Source: an uncultured delta proteobacterium (GTDB lineage Bacteria > Myxococcota_A > Polyangia > Palsa-1104). From it: DNA of 64,000 nucleotides. A program made the position numbers and the translations under genes. Within the stretch, counting starts at the first letter, position 1. Every line of letters begins with the position of its first letter. Under the pieces are notes generated by a model, which did not search any database, was not told where the DNA came from, and saw only the letters and a list, made by a program, of their open reading frames with translations. Location: the NCBI GenBank assembly GCA_963785725.1, contig CAWAWS010000003.1, positions 64,001 to 128,000 of the forward strand, given 5' to 3'. Below are positions 1 to 12,077 of the stretch, piece by piece.

Positions 1-1549
<1,549 letters not shown>

Positions 1550-1550
<1 letters not shown>

Positions 1551-1930
1551 TGGCGGCGATGACGAACGGAAAGGCCGGCAAAGCCAAGCGGCCGACGACG
1601 AAGACGACGATGAAGGCCAGGCTGGCCAAGGCATCCACGGAGTATCTGCTGCGGCTCTATGTCGCCGGGCAGACGCCGCGCAGCTTACAGGCGTTCTCGA
1701 ACTTGAAGCGCATCTGCGAGGAGCATTTGGCCGGGCGCTATCAGATCGAGGTGATCGATCTGCTCGTCAATCCGGCGCTGGCGCGCGGCGATCAGATCCT
1801 GGCGCTGCCGGCGGTCGTGCGGCAATTGCCGCCGCCGGTGAAGAAGATCATCGGCGACTTCTCCAACGCCGAGCGGCTCTTGGTCGGCCTCGATCTGCGG
1901 CCGCTCAAGGCGAAGGTCGACGCGCGGTGA
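1550..1930 (+). CDS. kaiB: KaiB-family protein
   Basis: [14 protein letters not shown]...[18 protein letters not shown]...[24 protein letters not shown] is the KaiB signature. The true start may lie slightly downstream. Confidence 0.93.
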
Positions 1931-2280
1931 AGCCGCTGCGCAGCTCGACCGCGGCCTTCGAAGCGGGGCTCGCCGGCAAGGCCAAGAAGTCGGCGACCAA
2001 GGGCGAGCAGTTCGTCCTGCGGCTCTACGTCGCGGGCAGCTCGTCGAAGTCGCTGCGCGCGATCCAAAATGCGCGCCGGATTTGCGACGAGCACTTGGCC
2101 GGTCGCTACACGCTGGAGGTGATCGACATCTTTCAGCAGCCGGCGCTGGCCAAAGACGACCAGATCATCGCCGTGCCGACGCTCATCAAGAAGCTGCCGG
2201 CGCCGCTGCGACGGTTCATCGGCGATCTATCCGACCGCAACGTGCTGATTGTCGGATTGGATTTGAAACGGAAGCGCTGA
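1927..2280 (+). CDS. kaiB: Second KaiB-family protein
   Basis: FVLRLYVAG...[14 protein letters not shown]...[23 protein letters not shown]; overlaps the previous stop (GTGA). Confidence 0.93.
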   Translation: MKPLRSSTAAFEAGLAGKAKKSATKGEQFVLRLYVAGSSSKSLRAIQNARRICDEHLAGRYTLEVIDIFQQPALAKDDQIIAVPTLIKKLPAPLRRFIGDLSDRNVLIVGLDLKRKR

Positions 2281-2283
2281 CGA

Positions 2284-4361
2284 ATGGCGAAGAAACAGAA
2301 CAAAGCCCACCCCAAGCCGCCGAAAGCGGCGGACGTGCCGGCCAAGCGGCCCAAGCTCCCCGAGCTCGAAGACCGGCTGCGCGAAGCGGAAGAGACGCTG
2401 GAGGCGATTCGCACCGGGCAGGTCGACGCGCTCGTCGTGCAGGGCGCGAGCGGCGACCAGGTGTTCACGCTGCGCGGCGCCGACCATCGCTATCGGCAGC
2501 TCGTCGAGACGATGAACGAAGGCGCGCTCATGCTGGCCTACGACGGCACGATCGTCTACAGCAACGCGCGCTTCGCCCGCATGGTGCAGCGGCCGCTGCG
2601 CGAGACGATCGGCGCGCCCTTTCACGGCTTCTTGCACGAGACCTGGCACGGGATCTGGGCGCGCTATTGAAGTCGGCGACGAACGGCACGGCCAAGGCCG
2701 AGGTCGAGCTGCGCGCCGGCGACGGCTCGGGCGTGCCCGTCTATCTGTCGGCGACCGCCAGCCGCGACGAGGAGGCCAACGTCTTGTGCGTCATCGCCAC
2801 CGATCTGTCGGAGCAGCGGCGCACGCAAGAGGTGATGGCGGCCGAGCGCTTCGCGGCGTCGCTGCTCGATCAGGCGGCCGACGCCATCGTCGTCTGCGAC
2901 GTCGACGGGCGCGTCATTCGCGCCAGCCAAGCGGCGCATCGGCTGACGCGCGACAATCCGCTGCTGCGGCCCTTTCGCGACGCCTTCTTGCTGACGCAGT
3001 TCGAGCCGCCGAGCAGCGATCCGCTGGCGCTGGCGCTCGGCGGCGAGCGTGTCAGCGGCGTCGAGGCGCAGCTGACGCGCAGCGACGGCACGCTCGCCGA
3101 CGTCTTGGTCTCGGCCGGCCCGGTGCTCAACGGCGACGGCGACTCGGTCGGCTGCGTGTTGTCGTTCGTCGACGTCACCGAGCGCAAGGCGGCGGCGGCC
3201 GAGCGGCTCGAGCTGCTCGAAGGCGCCGAGCAAGCGCGCGAAGCGGCCGAGAGCGCCAATCGCGCCAAAGATCAGTTCCTGGCGATGTTGGGCCACGAGC
3301 TGCGCAATCCCCTGGCGCCGATCTTGACGGCGCTGGAGCTGATGCGGCTCAAAGGCGACCACGAGCTGATTCGCGAGCGGGCGGTCATCGAGCGCCAGGT
3401 GCGCCACGTCGTGCGGCTCGTCGACGATCTGCTCGACGTGTCGCGGATTACGCAAGGCAAGGTGGAGCTGGCGCGGCGGCCGATCGAGCTGGCGCAGGTG
3501 GTCATCAAAGCGGTGGAGGCGGCGAGCCCGCTCATCGAGCAGCGCCATCATCGGCTGTCGGTCGACGTCGCGCAGAGCGGCCTCTTGGTCTACGGCGACG
3601 AGATGCGCCTGTGCCAGGTCATCTCGAACTTGCTGACGAACGCCGCCAAATACACCGACGTCAACGGGCGCATTCACGTGAGCGCCACCCGCGACGCCGA
3701 CGAGGTCGAGCTCACCGTGACCGACAACGGCGCGGGAATCCCAGCCGAAATCTTGCCGCACCTGTTCGAGAGCTTCGTGCAAGGGCAGCGCACGATCGAG
3801 CGCTCCGAAGGCGGGCTCGGGCTCGGGCTGGCCATCGTGCGCAGCTTGGTGCTCTTGCACGGCGGCACGGTCGAGGCGCGCAGCGACGGCATCGGGCGCG
3901 GCAGCGAGTTTGCCATGCGGCTGCCGGCGTTGCGCGCGGACAGCCGCGTCGCCATCGTCGAGCCCGCGGCGCTGCTGCCGGCGACGGCGACGGGCGCGCC
4001 GCGGCGCGTGCTCATCGTCGACGACAACATCGACGCGGCCGAGCTCTTGGCGGCGTCGCTGGAGGCGCTCGGCCACCTGACGCGCGTGGCCCACGACGGC
4101 CCGTCGGCGCTGCGCGCGGCCGAGGAGTTCGACCCGCAGGTGGCGCTGCTCGACATCGGGCTGCCGGTGATGGACGGCTACGAATTGGCGCGGCGCATTC
4201 GCGTCGACGGCCTGCGCTTGGTGGCGCTGACCGGCTACGGGCAGGACACCGACCGCGAGCGCTCGTCGCAGGCGGGCTTCGACGAGCACCTCGTCAAGCC
4301 GGTGGAGATCGCGCGACTGAGCGACGTCATTCGCCAACTGACGCAGCCGCAACCGCATTAG
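2284..4361 (+). CDS. PAS-domain hybrid histidine kinase/response regulator (one frameshift near 2640-2670)
   Basis: N-terminal PAS in ORF 2284..2670. In ORF 2082..4361: H-box FLAMLGHELRNPL, N-box NLLTNAAKYT, G-boxes DNGAGI and GGLGLGL, receiver VLIVDDN...LLDIGLPVMDGY...KP. Confidence 0.9.
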
Positions 4362-4517
4362 GGGCTGTTCTCAATTGGCGGACCGAGCCAAGCGCCGCGA
4401 GGAGCCGCGGCTGCGAGGCGCGAAGAGCGAAGCTACTGGCGGTAACTGAGCGATGAGCAACGAAGCAGACGCGGCCCGCAGCAAGCTTGGCGACGGGAGC
4501 TGATTGAGAACAGCCCC
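4361..4517. mobile_element. MITE-like element with 15-bp perfect terminal inverted repeats flanked by TA
   Basis: GGGGCTGTTCTCAAT (4361-4375) and ATTGAGAACAGCCCC (4503-4517), TA at 4359-4360 and 4518-4519, no transposase inside. Confidence 0.65.
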
Positions 4518-4564
4518 TAGCGCCGCGGCTTTCGGCGCGCCCGCAAAACGTCTACAATGAGCGG

Positions 4565-6034
4565 GTGAACCGAAGAATGCTCGGCGTCTTTGCGGTCGCG
4601 CTCTCGCTCCTGGGCTGCGCGACGCGCGCCCAGCGCGTGAGCGGCTCGGCCGTGGGCGGCTTCGACGGCGGCGCCGTCGGCGACATGAGCGCGCAGCCCG
4701 CCAACGACGGCGGCACCACCATCGCGCCCATCAATCGCGATTCGACGACCATCTACAACGTCTATCCGCAGCTCTATTCGCCATCGGGCACGTTGACGGC
4801 GGTGACGATCGATCTGGAGCGCATTCACGATCTCGGCTTCGATACGCTCTATCTATTGCCGGTGACACCGATTGGCCAGGCGACTTACAATCATCCGTCA
4901 TTCGGCAGCCCTTATTGCGTGCACGACTATTATGCCGTCAGTGAGTCATTGGGTAACGAGGCCGATCTGACGAAGCTCGTGCAAACCGCGCACAAGCTGG
5001 GCATGCACGTCATTCTCGACGAGGTCTTGAATCATACGTCGTGGGATAACGCGCTCATTACGCTGCATCCCGAATACTACTTACATAGCGACGGGAATCC
5101 TTTGAACCTGGACTCGATCGAGCAGGCGTTCGACTTTGCCGACGTCGCGCAGCTCGATTACAAGACGCCGAGCAATGGCGTCGCCGAATACATGACCGAT
5201 ATGCTCGTCTATTGGATCGCGACCTTCGATATCGACGGGTTTCGCTTCGATACCGCCGACGATCCAATGGGCGACGCGCGCATGATTCCGGCCAGCTTCT
5301 GGCAAGACTTGCGGGCGCAATTGGAGGCGACGAAACCGGGAATCTTCCTGCTCGGCGAGGCAGAAGATCCGGCGCTCTCCGATGTGGCGTTCGATCTCGA
5401 TTACGGCTGGCAACTGCAAGGCGTCTACGGCGCCGGCGGCCTGGCGCAAGTGGCGACCGGCGGCGACGCGACGCTGCTCGAGCAGGCGTGGATGGCGCAA
5501 AAGAGCGGCTATCCGAGCGACGTGCGCCATATGACGCTCTTGCAAGACTGGGATCTCGACGAGGATTTGACGCTGTATGGCGGCGCGCCCAACACGATGG
5601 CGGCGGCGACCTTCAACTTCACGATCGACGGCATTCCCATGCTCTTCAATGGCGAAGAGGTGGGGAATGACAATAGCGCCGTCAATACGCATATGCCGAT
5701 CGATTGGAGCGGTCCCAACGCGGCGACGTTTACGCCGTTCTATCGCTCACTGTTGGCGTTGCGGAATGGCAACGCGGCGCTGCAACAGGGCGCCGTCAAT
5801 TGGATTGCCAATAGCGCGCCCAGCTCGGTCGTCAGCTATACGCGTACGAATACGGACGCGACCTTCCTCGTCGTCATCAACTTCGGCGGCAGCGCGGTCA
5901 GCGGCACGTTGTCGGGGATCGGCGCCGGCCCGTGGACCGACGTGTCGCCGGTCGGCTCGCCCGGCGGCACGTCGCACGCACAGCCGCCCAGCTTCACCCT
6001 CGCCGCTTACGACTTCGCCGTATTCCATCAGTAA
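4565..6034 (+). CDS. Secreted/lipoprotein alpha-amylase family (GH13) glycoside hydrolase
   Basis: Lipobox-like LLGC; GH13 regions DEVLNHT, GFRFDTA, LLGEA; region IV reads LQDWD; GIPMLFNGEEVG. Confidence 0.88.
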   Translation: MNRRMLGVFAVALSLLGCATRAQRVSGSAVGGFDGGAVGDMSAQPANDGGTTIAPINRDSTTIYNVYPQLYSPSGTLTAVTIDLERIHDLGFDTLYLLPVTPIGQATYNHPSFGSPYCVHDYYAVSESLGNEADLTKLVQTAHKLGMHVILDEVLNHTSWDNALITLHPEYYLHSDGNPLNLDSIEQAFDFADVAQLDYKTPSNGVAEYMTDMLVYWIATFDIDGFRFDTADDPMGDARMIPASFWQDLRAQLEATKPGIFLLGEAEDPALSDVAFDLDYGWQLQGVYGAGGLAQVATGGDATLLEQAWMAQKSGYPSDVRHMTLLQDWDLDEDLTLYGGAPNTMAAATFNFTIDGIPMLFNGEEVGNDNSAVNTHMPIDWSGPNAATFTPFYRSLLALRNGNAALQQGAVNWIANSAPSSVVSYTRTNTDATFLVVINFGGSAVSGTLSGIGAGPWTDVSPVGSPGGTSHAQPPSFTLAAYDFAVFHQ

Positions 6035-6200
6035 TCATTACCAATTGACGTCTTTGTCGTGCGCGCTGCCATGACAGTGGCGACTGCGCGCAATGGCGCT
6101 CATGTGTCGAACTGTTCGCCTGCGGGCGTGCGCTGAACCGAGCCGTACCATCGAGCAACCGACAGACAGTGTTGCCATATCGGCGCGCGGGGAGGATTGA

Positions 6201-7067
6201 ATGAAAGCGAAAACAGGCGGTCCATTGTCGGCCGGAACGAAAGCACATGCGCACAGCAGAGGCGGGCCGCTGCTCGATCGGCGCGATGTCTTGGCGACCT
6301 TGGGCGCGCTCGGGCCGATGCTCATGCTCGGCTGCGGCGCCACGTCCGGCGGGTCGTCGGCGGGCGGCAACGATTTGTCGTCGACGGGCGGCGGCGGCGA
6401 CTTGGCCGGCGGCGCCGACGCCGGCGCGAACGCCGACGCCCCGCCCAGCTCGTGCGTGGAGATCCCCGACGAGACCGGCGGCCCTTATCCCGACACCGAC
6501 GGCATGATCTCGAATGACACTTACAATCGCACCGACATCACCGAAGGCAAAACGGGGACGCCGCTGACGCTGACGATGCAGCTCGTCAATGTCTCGAGCA
6601 GCTGCGCGCCCATCGTCGGTGCGCGCGTCATCATTTGGCACTGCGACGCCAATGGCGTGTACTCCGAATATGCGTCGTCGATGAACTCCGATCCCGCGCA
6701 AGGCGAGAGCGGCTCGACGACGACGACCTATTTGCGCGGCTGGCAAGCGAGTGACGGCAGCGGCAACGTCACGTTCACGACGATATTTCCCGGCTGGTAT
6801 ACGCCGCGCGTCACGCATATTCACGTCATGGTGTACAACCCGAATGATCTGAAGACGCCGGTGAAGACGACGCAGTTTACGTTTACCGACTCGACCATTG
6901 CGGCGGTCTATGCGCAGTCGACGCTCTATCCCAAAGGGCAGAACTCGACGACGGTGGCGACCGATATGGTGTTCGGCGGCAATGACGAGAACCTCGTCGC
7001 CGCGGTCACCGGTAATACGACGAGCGGCTATGTGGCGACCATCCCGATCGGGCTGACGACCTATTAG
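6201..7067 (+). CDS. Intradiol ring-cleavage dioxygenase-like exported protein
   Basis: RR-type signal followed by LGC; motifs ETGGPY, IWHCDANGVYS, YLRGWQ, FTTIFPGWY..RVTHIH. Confidence 0.85.
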   Translation: MKAKTGGPLSAGTKAHAHSRGGPLLDRRDVLATLGALGPMLMLGCGATSGGSSAGGNDLSSTGGGGDLAGGADAGANADAPPSSCVEIPDETGGPYPDTDGMISNDTYNRTDITEGKTGTPLTLTMQLVNVSSSCAPIVGARVIIWHCDANGVYSEYASSMNSDPAQGESGSTTTTYLRGWQASDGSGNVTFTTIFPGWYTPRVTHIHVMVYNPNDLKTPVKTTQFTFTDSTIAAVYAQSTLYPKGQNSTTVATDMVFGGNDENLVAAVTGNTTSGYVATIPIGLTTY

Positions 7068-7083
7068 TCGCCGCGCTTCGTAA

Positions 7084-7177
7084 GCCAAAGCGGAGAAATA
7101 ACGGGCGCGCGCGAGTTGTCTTGCGCAGCCCGTAGGGCGAGCACCGTCTGAGCGCGCGTCCGTTATTTCGGGGCGCC
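7084..7177. repeat. About 90-bp palindromic (REP/MITE-like) repeat, copy 1
   Basis: Near-exact reverse complement of 8474-8567; internal arms GAAATAACGGGCGCGCGC...GCGCGCGTCCGTTATTTC. Confidence 0.85.
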
Positions 7178-7813
7178 GACGAAGGCGCCGAGCGCGGCGC
7201 CGACGGCGTCGAGCGGCGCCACTTCGCGACGCGCGCGACAGAGAATGAGCGCGCCTTCGAGCGCCGCCAGCACGAGCGCGGCCGCCGCCGCCGCTTTCGC
7301 CTCGGCCAGCCCCGACGCGACGAACGCCGCCTGCAGCTCGCGCTCCCAGACGACGAACACCGCGGCCGCCAGCGCACCCAAATGTGGATGCTCGAGCCGC
7401 TCGATGCCGACCGCCGCGATCGCGCAGCCCGCCTGATACTCGCTCTTGACGAGCACGTGGCGAAAAGCCTCGATGAAGCGGCGCACGACCTCCTGCGGTG
7501 ACGTCGCGTCGCGCAGGCGCAACAGCGTCAGCACGCGGTCGCCGACGAGCGCGATCGCCTCCGCCGTCAGGCTCTCTTTGCCTTCGGGAAAGTGGTGATA
7601 GATCGAGCCGCGCGGCGCCCCGCTCCGCTCGATGACCTCGGAGAACGACGTGCCGCTGAGCCCGCGCTCGCTCAACAGCGCCGCCGCCGCGCGCACCATG
7701 CGCTCGCGCGGCGAACGCTCGCCGACCGCGCTCGTCGCCAGTTTCTCATTGGCCGGCGGCGACTTGGCTGGCTTCTTGGCCTTGGGCGGCGCGGGTTTCT
7801 TGGGTTTCGTCAT
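7163..7813 (-). CDS. TetR/AcrR-family transcriptional regulator
   Basis: HTH: RMVRAAAALLSERGLSGTSFSEVIERSGAPRGSIYHHFPEGKESL; GCAIA motif in the C-terminal domain. Confidence 0.92.
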   Translation of the reverse strand: MTKPKKPAPPKAKKPAKSPPANEKLATSAVGERSPRERMVRAAAALLSERGLSGTSFSEVIERSGAPRGSIYHHFPEGKESLTAEAIALVGDRVLTLLRLRDATSPQEVVRRFIEAFRHVLVKSEYQAGCAIAAVGIERLEHPHLGALAAAVFVVWERELQAAFVASGLAEAKAAAAAALVLAALEGALILCRARREVAPLDAVGAALGAFVGAPK

Positions 7814-7825
7814 GATCGTTTCGGT

Positions 7826-7881
7826 TGACTATGATGATCGTCATAGTCATAGTCGCCGAGCTATGTCGACCATCATAGCTC
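7826..7881. promoter_or_regulatory. Two palindromic CTATG-N8-CATAG sites (probable TetR operators)
   Basis: TGACTATGA-TGATCG-TCATAGTCA (7826-7849) and GAGCTATG-TCGACCAT-CATAGCTC (7858-7881), between the divergent TetR and tautomerase genes. Confidence 0.75.
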
Positions 7882-7894
7882 AAGGAGACCGACC

Positions 7895-8335
7895 ATGCCC
7901 ATGATCGATATCTACGCGCCCGAAGGCACCTTCCCCGAGTCGAACGAGGCGGCGCTCCTCGACCGGGCCACGGCGGTGCTCCTGCAGTTCGAGAAGACGA
8001 CCGGCATTCCGCTGGCGGTGTCGAACACCGGCGCCTACTTGCACGTGCTGCCGAAGAGGCGCGTCGCCGCCGGCGGCAAAGCCGACCAGGTCGTGCGCAT
8101 TCAGCTGCTGACGCCGCGAGACGGCCTGCAGCAGCCGCAGCGCAACGGCATCACCGAAGGCATGACCCAGATCGTCGGCGAGCTCGCCAGCGATCCCAAA
8201 GTCGCCGAGCGCACCTGGGTGCTGTTCAGCGAAGCCGTCGACGGCGGCTGGGGCATCGCCGGCAAGGCCTACAACAACGGCGAGCTGTTCGAAGCCGTCA
8301 AGGCGAGCGCCATTGCCGCGCGGGCTCCGAAATGA
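7895..8335 (+). CDS. Tautomerase-superfamily (4-OT-like) protein
   Basis: Starts M-P (Pro-1 after Met removal): PMIDIYAPEG; C-terminal TWVLFSEAVDGGWGIAG; SD AAGGAG upstream. Confidence 0.75.
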   Translation: MPMIDIYAPEGTFPESNEAALLDRATAVLLQFEKTTGIPLAVSNTGAYLHVLPKRRVAAGGKADQVVRIQLLTPRDGLQQPQRNGITEGMTQIVGELASDPKVAERTWVLFSEAVDGGWGIAGKAYNNGELFEAVKASAIAARAPK

Positions 8336-8494
8336 CGGGCGCTCCGAAATGACGGGCGCTCCGAAATAACGGGCGCTCCGAAATAACGGGCGCTCCGAAA
8401 TAACGGGCGCTCCGAAATAACGGGCGCTCCGAAATAACGGGCGCTCCGAGATAACGGGCGCTCCGAAATAACGGGCGCTCCGAAATAACGGGCG
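8325..8494. repeat. Tandem array of a 17-bp unit (CTCCGAAATAACGGGCG), 10 copies
   Basis: Units start at 8325, 8342, 8359, 8376, 8393, 8410, 8427, 8444, 8461 and 8478 with single-base variants; no spacers. Confidence 0.95.
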
Positions 8495-8672
8495 CGCGCT
8501 CAGACAGTGCTCGCCCTACGGGCTGCGCAAGACAACTCGCGCGCGCCCGTTATTTCTCCGCTTTGGCCTTCCGAGAAGGATCACGCGGGCGCGCGCGCTC
8601 GGAAATGGCGGGCGCGCGCTCAGACTGCGGGCTGCGCAAGACAACGCGCGCGCGCCCGCTATTTCGGAGCGC
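8474..8672. repeat. Palindromic repeat copy 2 (8474-8567) plus a degenerate third copy (about 8600-8672)
   Basis: Shared core GGGCGCGCGCTCAGAC...CGGGCTGCGCAAGACAAC..GCGCGCGCCCG.TATTTC in both copies. Confidence 0.8.
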
Positions 8673-8783
8673 TGGTAGGGTGGGTTCAGGGCGCGCATTT
8701 TTCGCGCAATGGGCGCGGGGCCTCGTCACGATCGTTGCACGGACGATTGAAGCTCGGCGTGCGAGGCGTAATTCCTCCTCGGC

Positions 8784-11700
8784 ATGTGGATCGTCCGACT
8801 CGCGCTGCGTCGTCCTTACACAGTGCTCATGAGCGTGCTCGTCATCGCGCTCTTCGGCGCCTTGGCGCTGCAGCGGCTCAAGCGCGACATCCTGCCCAAC
8901 ATCGACATCCCCGTCGTCATCGTCATCTGGAACTACCCGGGCTGTCGGCCGACGACATGGAGCAGCGCGTCGTCTTCATCACCGAGCGCGCGCTGTCGAC
9001 GACGGTCGACGGCATCGAGCGCATCGAGTCGCAGTCGCTGTCGGGCATCGGCGTCGTCCGCGTCTACTTCGAGCAAGGGCACCGACATCGGCAGCGCCAT
9101 CGCGCAGATCACCGCCGTGTGCGGCACCATCTTGCGCATTTTGCCGCCGGGGATCACGCCGCCCAACATCCTGCAGTTCAACGCCTCCAACGTCCAGGTC
9201 GCGCAGCTGACGCTCAAGAGCGACAGCCTGACCGAGCAGGACTTGTACGACTACGGCCTCAACTTCCTGCGCCTCAAGCTGTTCACCATCCCCGGCTTGG
9301 CGACGCCGGCGCCCTTCGGCGGCCGCTCGCGCCAGATCATGGTCGACCTCGATCCGCAGAAGATGCAGGCGCAAGCGGCGTCTCGGCCACCGACGTCGTC
9401 AACGCGCTCGGCAACAACAACGTCATCTTGCCGGCCGGCGACGCGCGCATCGGCAACATCGACTACGACGTGCTCATGAACTCGTCGCCCGACACCGTCA
9501 AAGAGTTCAACCAAATGCCGCTCAAGGTCGTCAACGGCATGACCGTGCTGCTCGGCGACGTCGCCTTCGTCCACGACGGCTACGCCGTGCAGACCAACAT
9601 CGTGCGCGTCAACGGGCGGCGCGCGACCTATCTGTCCATCCTGCGCAAAGCCGGCGCGTCGACGCTCGCCGTCGTCGACGCCGTGCGCGATCTCGTTGCC
9701 CGCCATCAGAGCGTCGGCGCCGCCGGGGATGGACGTCAGCATCGACTTCGACCAGTCGATCTTCGTGCGCGCCGCCATCAAGGGCGTCTTGCGCGAAGCC
9801 GGCATCGCCGCCGGCGCTCGTCTCGCTCATGATCCTCTTCTTCCTCGGCAGCTGGCGCTCGGTGGTCATCGTCTGCACGTCGATCCCGATCGCGCTCGTC
9901 TTCGGCATCTGCGCGCTGTTCCTGACCGGACCAGACGCTGAACCTCATGACGCTCGGCGGCCTCTCGCTCGCCGTCGGCATGCTCGTCGACGACGCCACC
10001 GTCGAGGTCGAGAACATCCACCGCAACCGCGGCGAAGGCAAGCCGCTCACGGTCGCCATCCTCGACGGCGCGCACCAGGTCGCCGTGCCCGCGCTGGCGG
10101 CGACGCTGACCATCTGCATCGTCTTCTTCCCGGTCGTGATGCTGCAGGGCCCGTCGCGCTTCCTGTTCATGCCGCTGGCGCTCGCCGTCGTGTTCTCGAT
10201 GATCGCGTCCTATCTGCTCTCGCGCACGCTGGTGCCGTCGCTGGCGCACAAGCTGCTGCCCGAGAACGAAGCCGACGAGCATAAAGAAGGCTGGGTCACT
10301 CGCTTCAATGACTGGCGCGATCGCGGCTTCGATCGGCTACGCGGAGCGTATGGCGGCGTCTCTGGCGACGTGCATCGAGCATCGCGGCAAGTTCCTGCTC
10401 GGCGCGCGGCTCTTCGCGCTGATCGGCCTCAGCCTCGTCGTCGTCGTCGGCTTCGACTTCTTTCCCGCAGTCGACACCGGGCAGATGCGACTGCACGTGC
10501 GCGCCCCGATCGGCATGCGCATCGAGGACACCGAGGTCTTGCGTGGGTCGACATCGAGCGCGAGATCGCGCGCATCATCCCGCGCGACGAGCTCGACACC
10601 ATCAACGACAAGATCGGCATTCCCACCTATTACAACCTGGCCTTCGTCTCGACCGACAACGTCGGCGGGCAGGACGCCGAGATGCTCATCCAGCTCAAGG
10701 CCGGCCACCACCCGTCGCAAGACTACATGACGCGCATTCGTAAGGAGCTGCCGGCGAAGTTCCCCGGCGTGCAGCTCTATTTCATGCCCGCCGACGTCGT
10801 GACGCAGGTGCTCAACTTCGGCGTGTCTTCGATGATCGACGTGCAGATCGAGGGCCAGCGACGCCAATGCCTCTTTCGGGGTCGCGCGCCAGCTGTTCGA
10901 CAAAATGCGCGCAATCCCCGGCACCGAAGACGTGCGCATCGCGCAAGTGTTCAATCACCCGGCGCTCACGCTCGACGTCGATCGGCAGCAGGCGCTGCAG
11001 CTCAATGTCGGCTTTCGCGACGTCGCGCAACAGCGTGTTGACGTCGCTTGAGCTCGTCGTCGCTGACCGATCCCAACTTCTGGGTCAACCCGAAGACGGG
11101 CGTCAACTATAACGTCGCCGTGCAGACGCCGATTCTGAAGATGGCGAGCGTCGACGATCTGCTGGGCACGTCGGTGACGCCGGCGAACGGCATCAACAGC
11201 GAGAATACGACGGCCAACTCGCCGACGACGACGCCGGGACCGTTGACGCTGGCGCAGAGCGCGCTGCCGCTCGACTCGCACGAACGCGCCTTATCTCGGC
11301 GGCGTCGCGCGGCTGACGCAGACGCAAGATCGCGCGTCGATCAACCACTACACGGTGCAGCCGATCGTCGACGTGCAGGCGTCGGTGCACGGGCGCGACC
11401 TCGGCGGCGTCACCAGCGACATCGACGCCGCGATCAAGCAGCTCAAAGTGCCGAAGACGTCGCGGATTCGCGTGCGCGGCCAGTCGGAGAGCATGCGCAC
11501 GTCGTTCATCAGCTTCGGGCTCGGCCTCATCGTCGCCATCGTGCTCGTCTATTTGCTGCTGATGGTGCTGTTTCAGTCGGCGCTCGATCCGCTCATCATC
11601 ATGGTGGCGGTTCCGGGCGCCTTCGTCGGCATCGCGTGGATGCTGGCGCTGACGGGCACGACACTGAACGTCGAGTCGTTCATGGGCGCGATCATGGCCA

Positions 11701-12077
11701 TCGGGATCGCCGTATCGAACTCGATTCTGCTCGTCAGCTTCGCCAACGAAGCGCGCGCCGAGAACGAGGCGCTGACGGCGTTCGAAGCGGCGCTCGAGGC
11801 CGGCAAGACGCGCCTGCGGCCGGTGTTGATGACGGCGCTGGCGATGGTCCTCGGCATGCTGCCGATGGCGCTGTCGCTCGGCGAAGGCGGCGAGCAGAAC
11901 GCGCCGCTCGGTCGCGCGGTCATCGGCGGCCTGTTGGTGGCGACGCTGGTGACGCTGTTGGTGGTGCCGGTGATGTACACGATCTTGCGGCAAAAGCCGC
12001 CGACGGCGCACGAGCTCGACAAGCGGTTCAAAGAGGAGTCGCGCGGCGCGATTTCCGAGGAAGGGCGCGACGCATGA
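8784..12077 (+). CDS. RND efflux permease (AcrB/CzcA superfamily), split by several frameshifts
   Basis: MWIVRLALRRP...DILPNIDIPVV; TLGGLSLAVGMLVDDATVEVENIHR; SNSILLV; TRLRPVLMTALAMVLGMLPMAL, spread across overlapping ORFs. Confidence 0.9.

Noticed and set aside
8325..8494. 17-bp array as a CRISPR array
   Set aside because: Units are contiguous with no unique spacers, and there are no cas genes.
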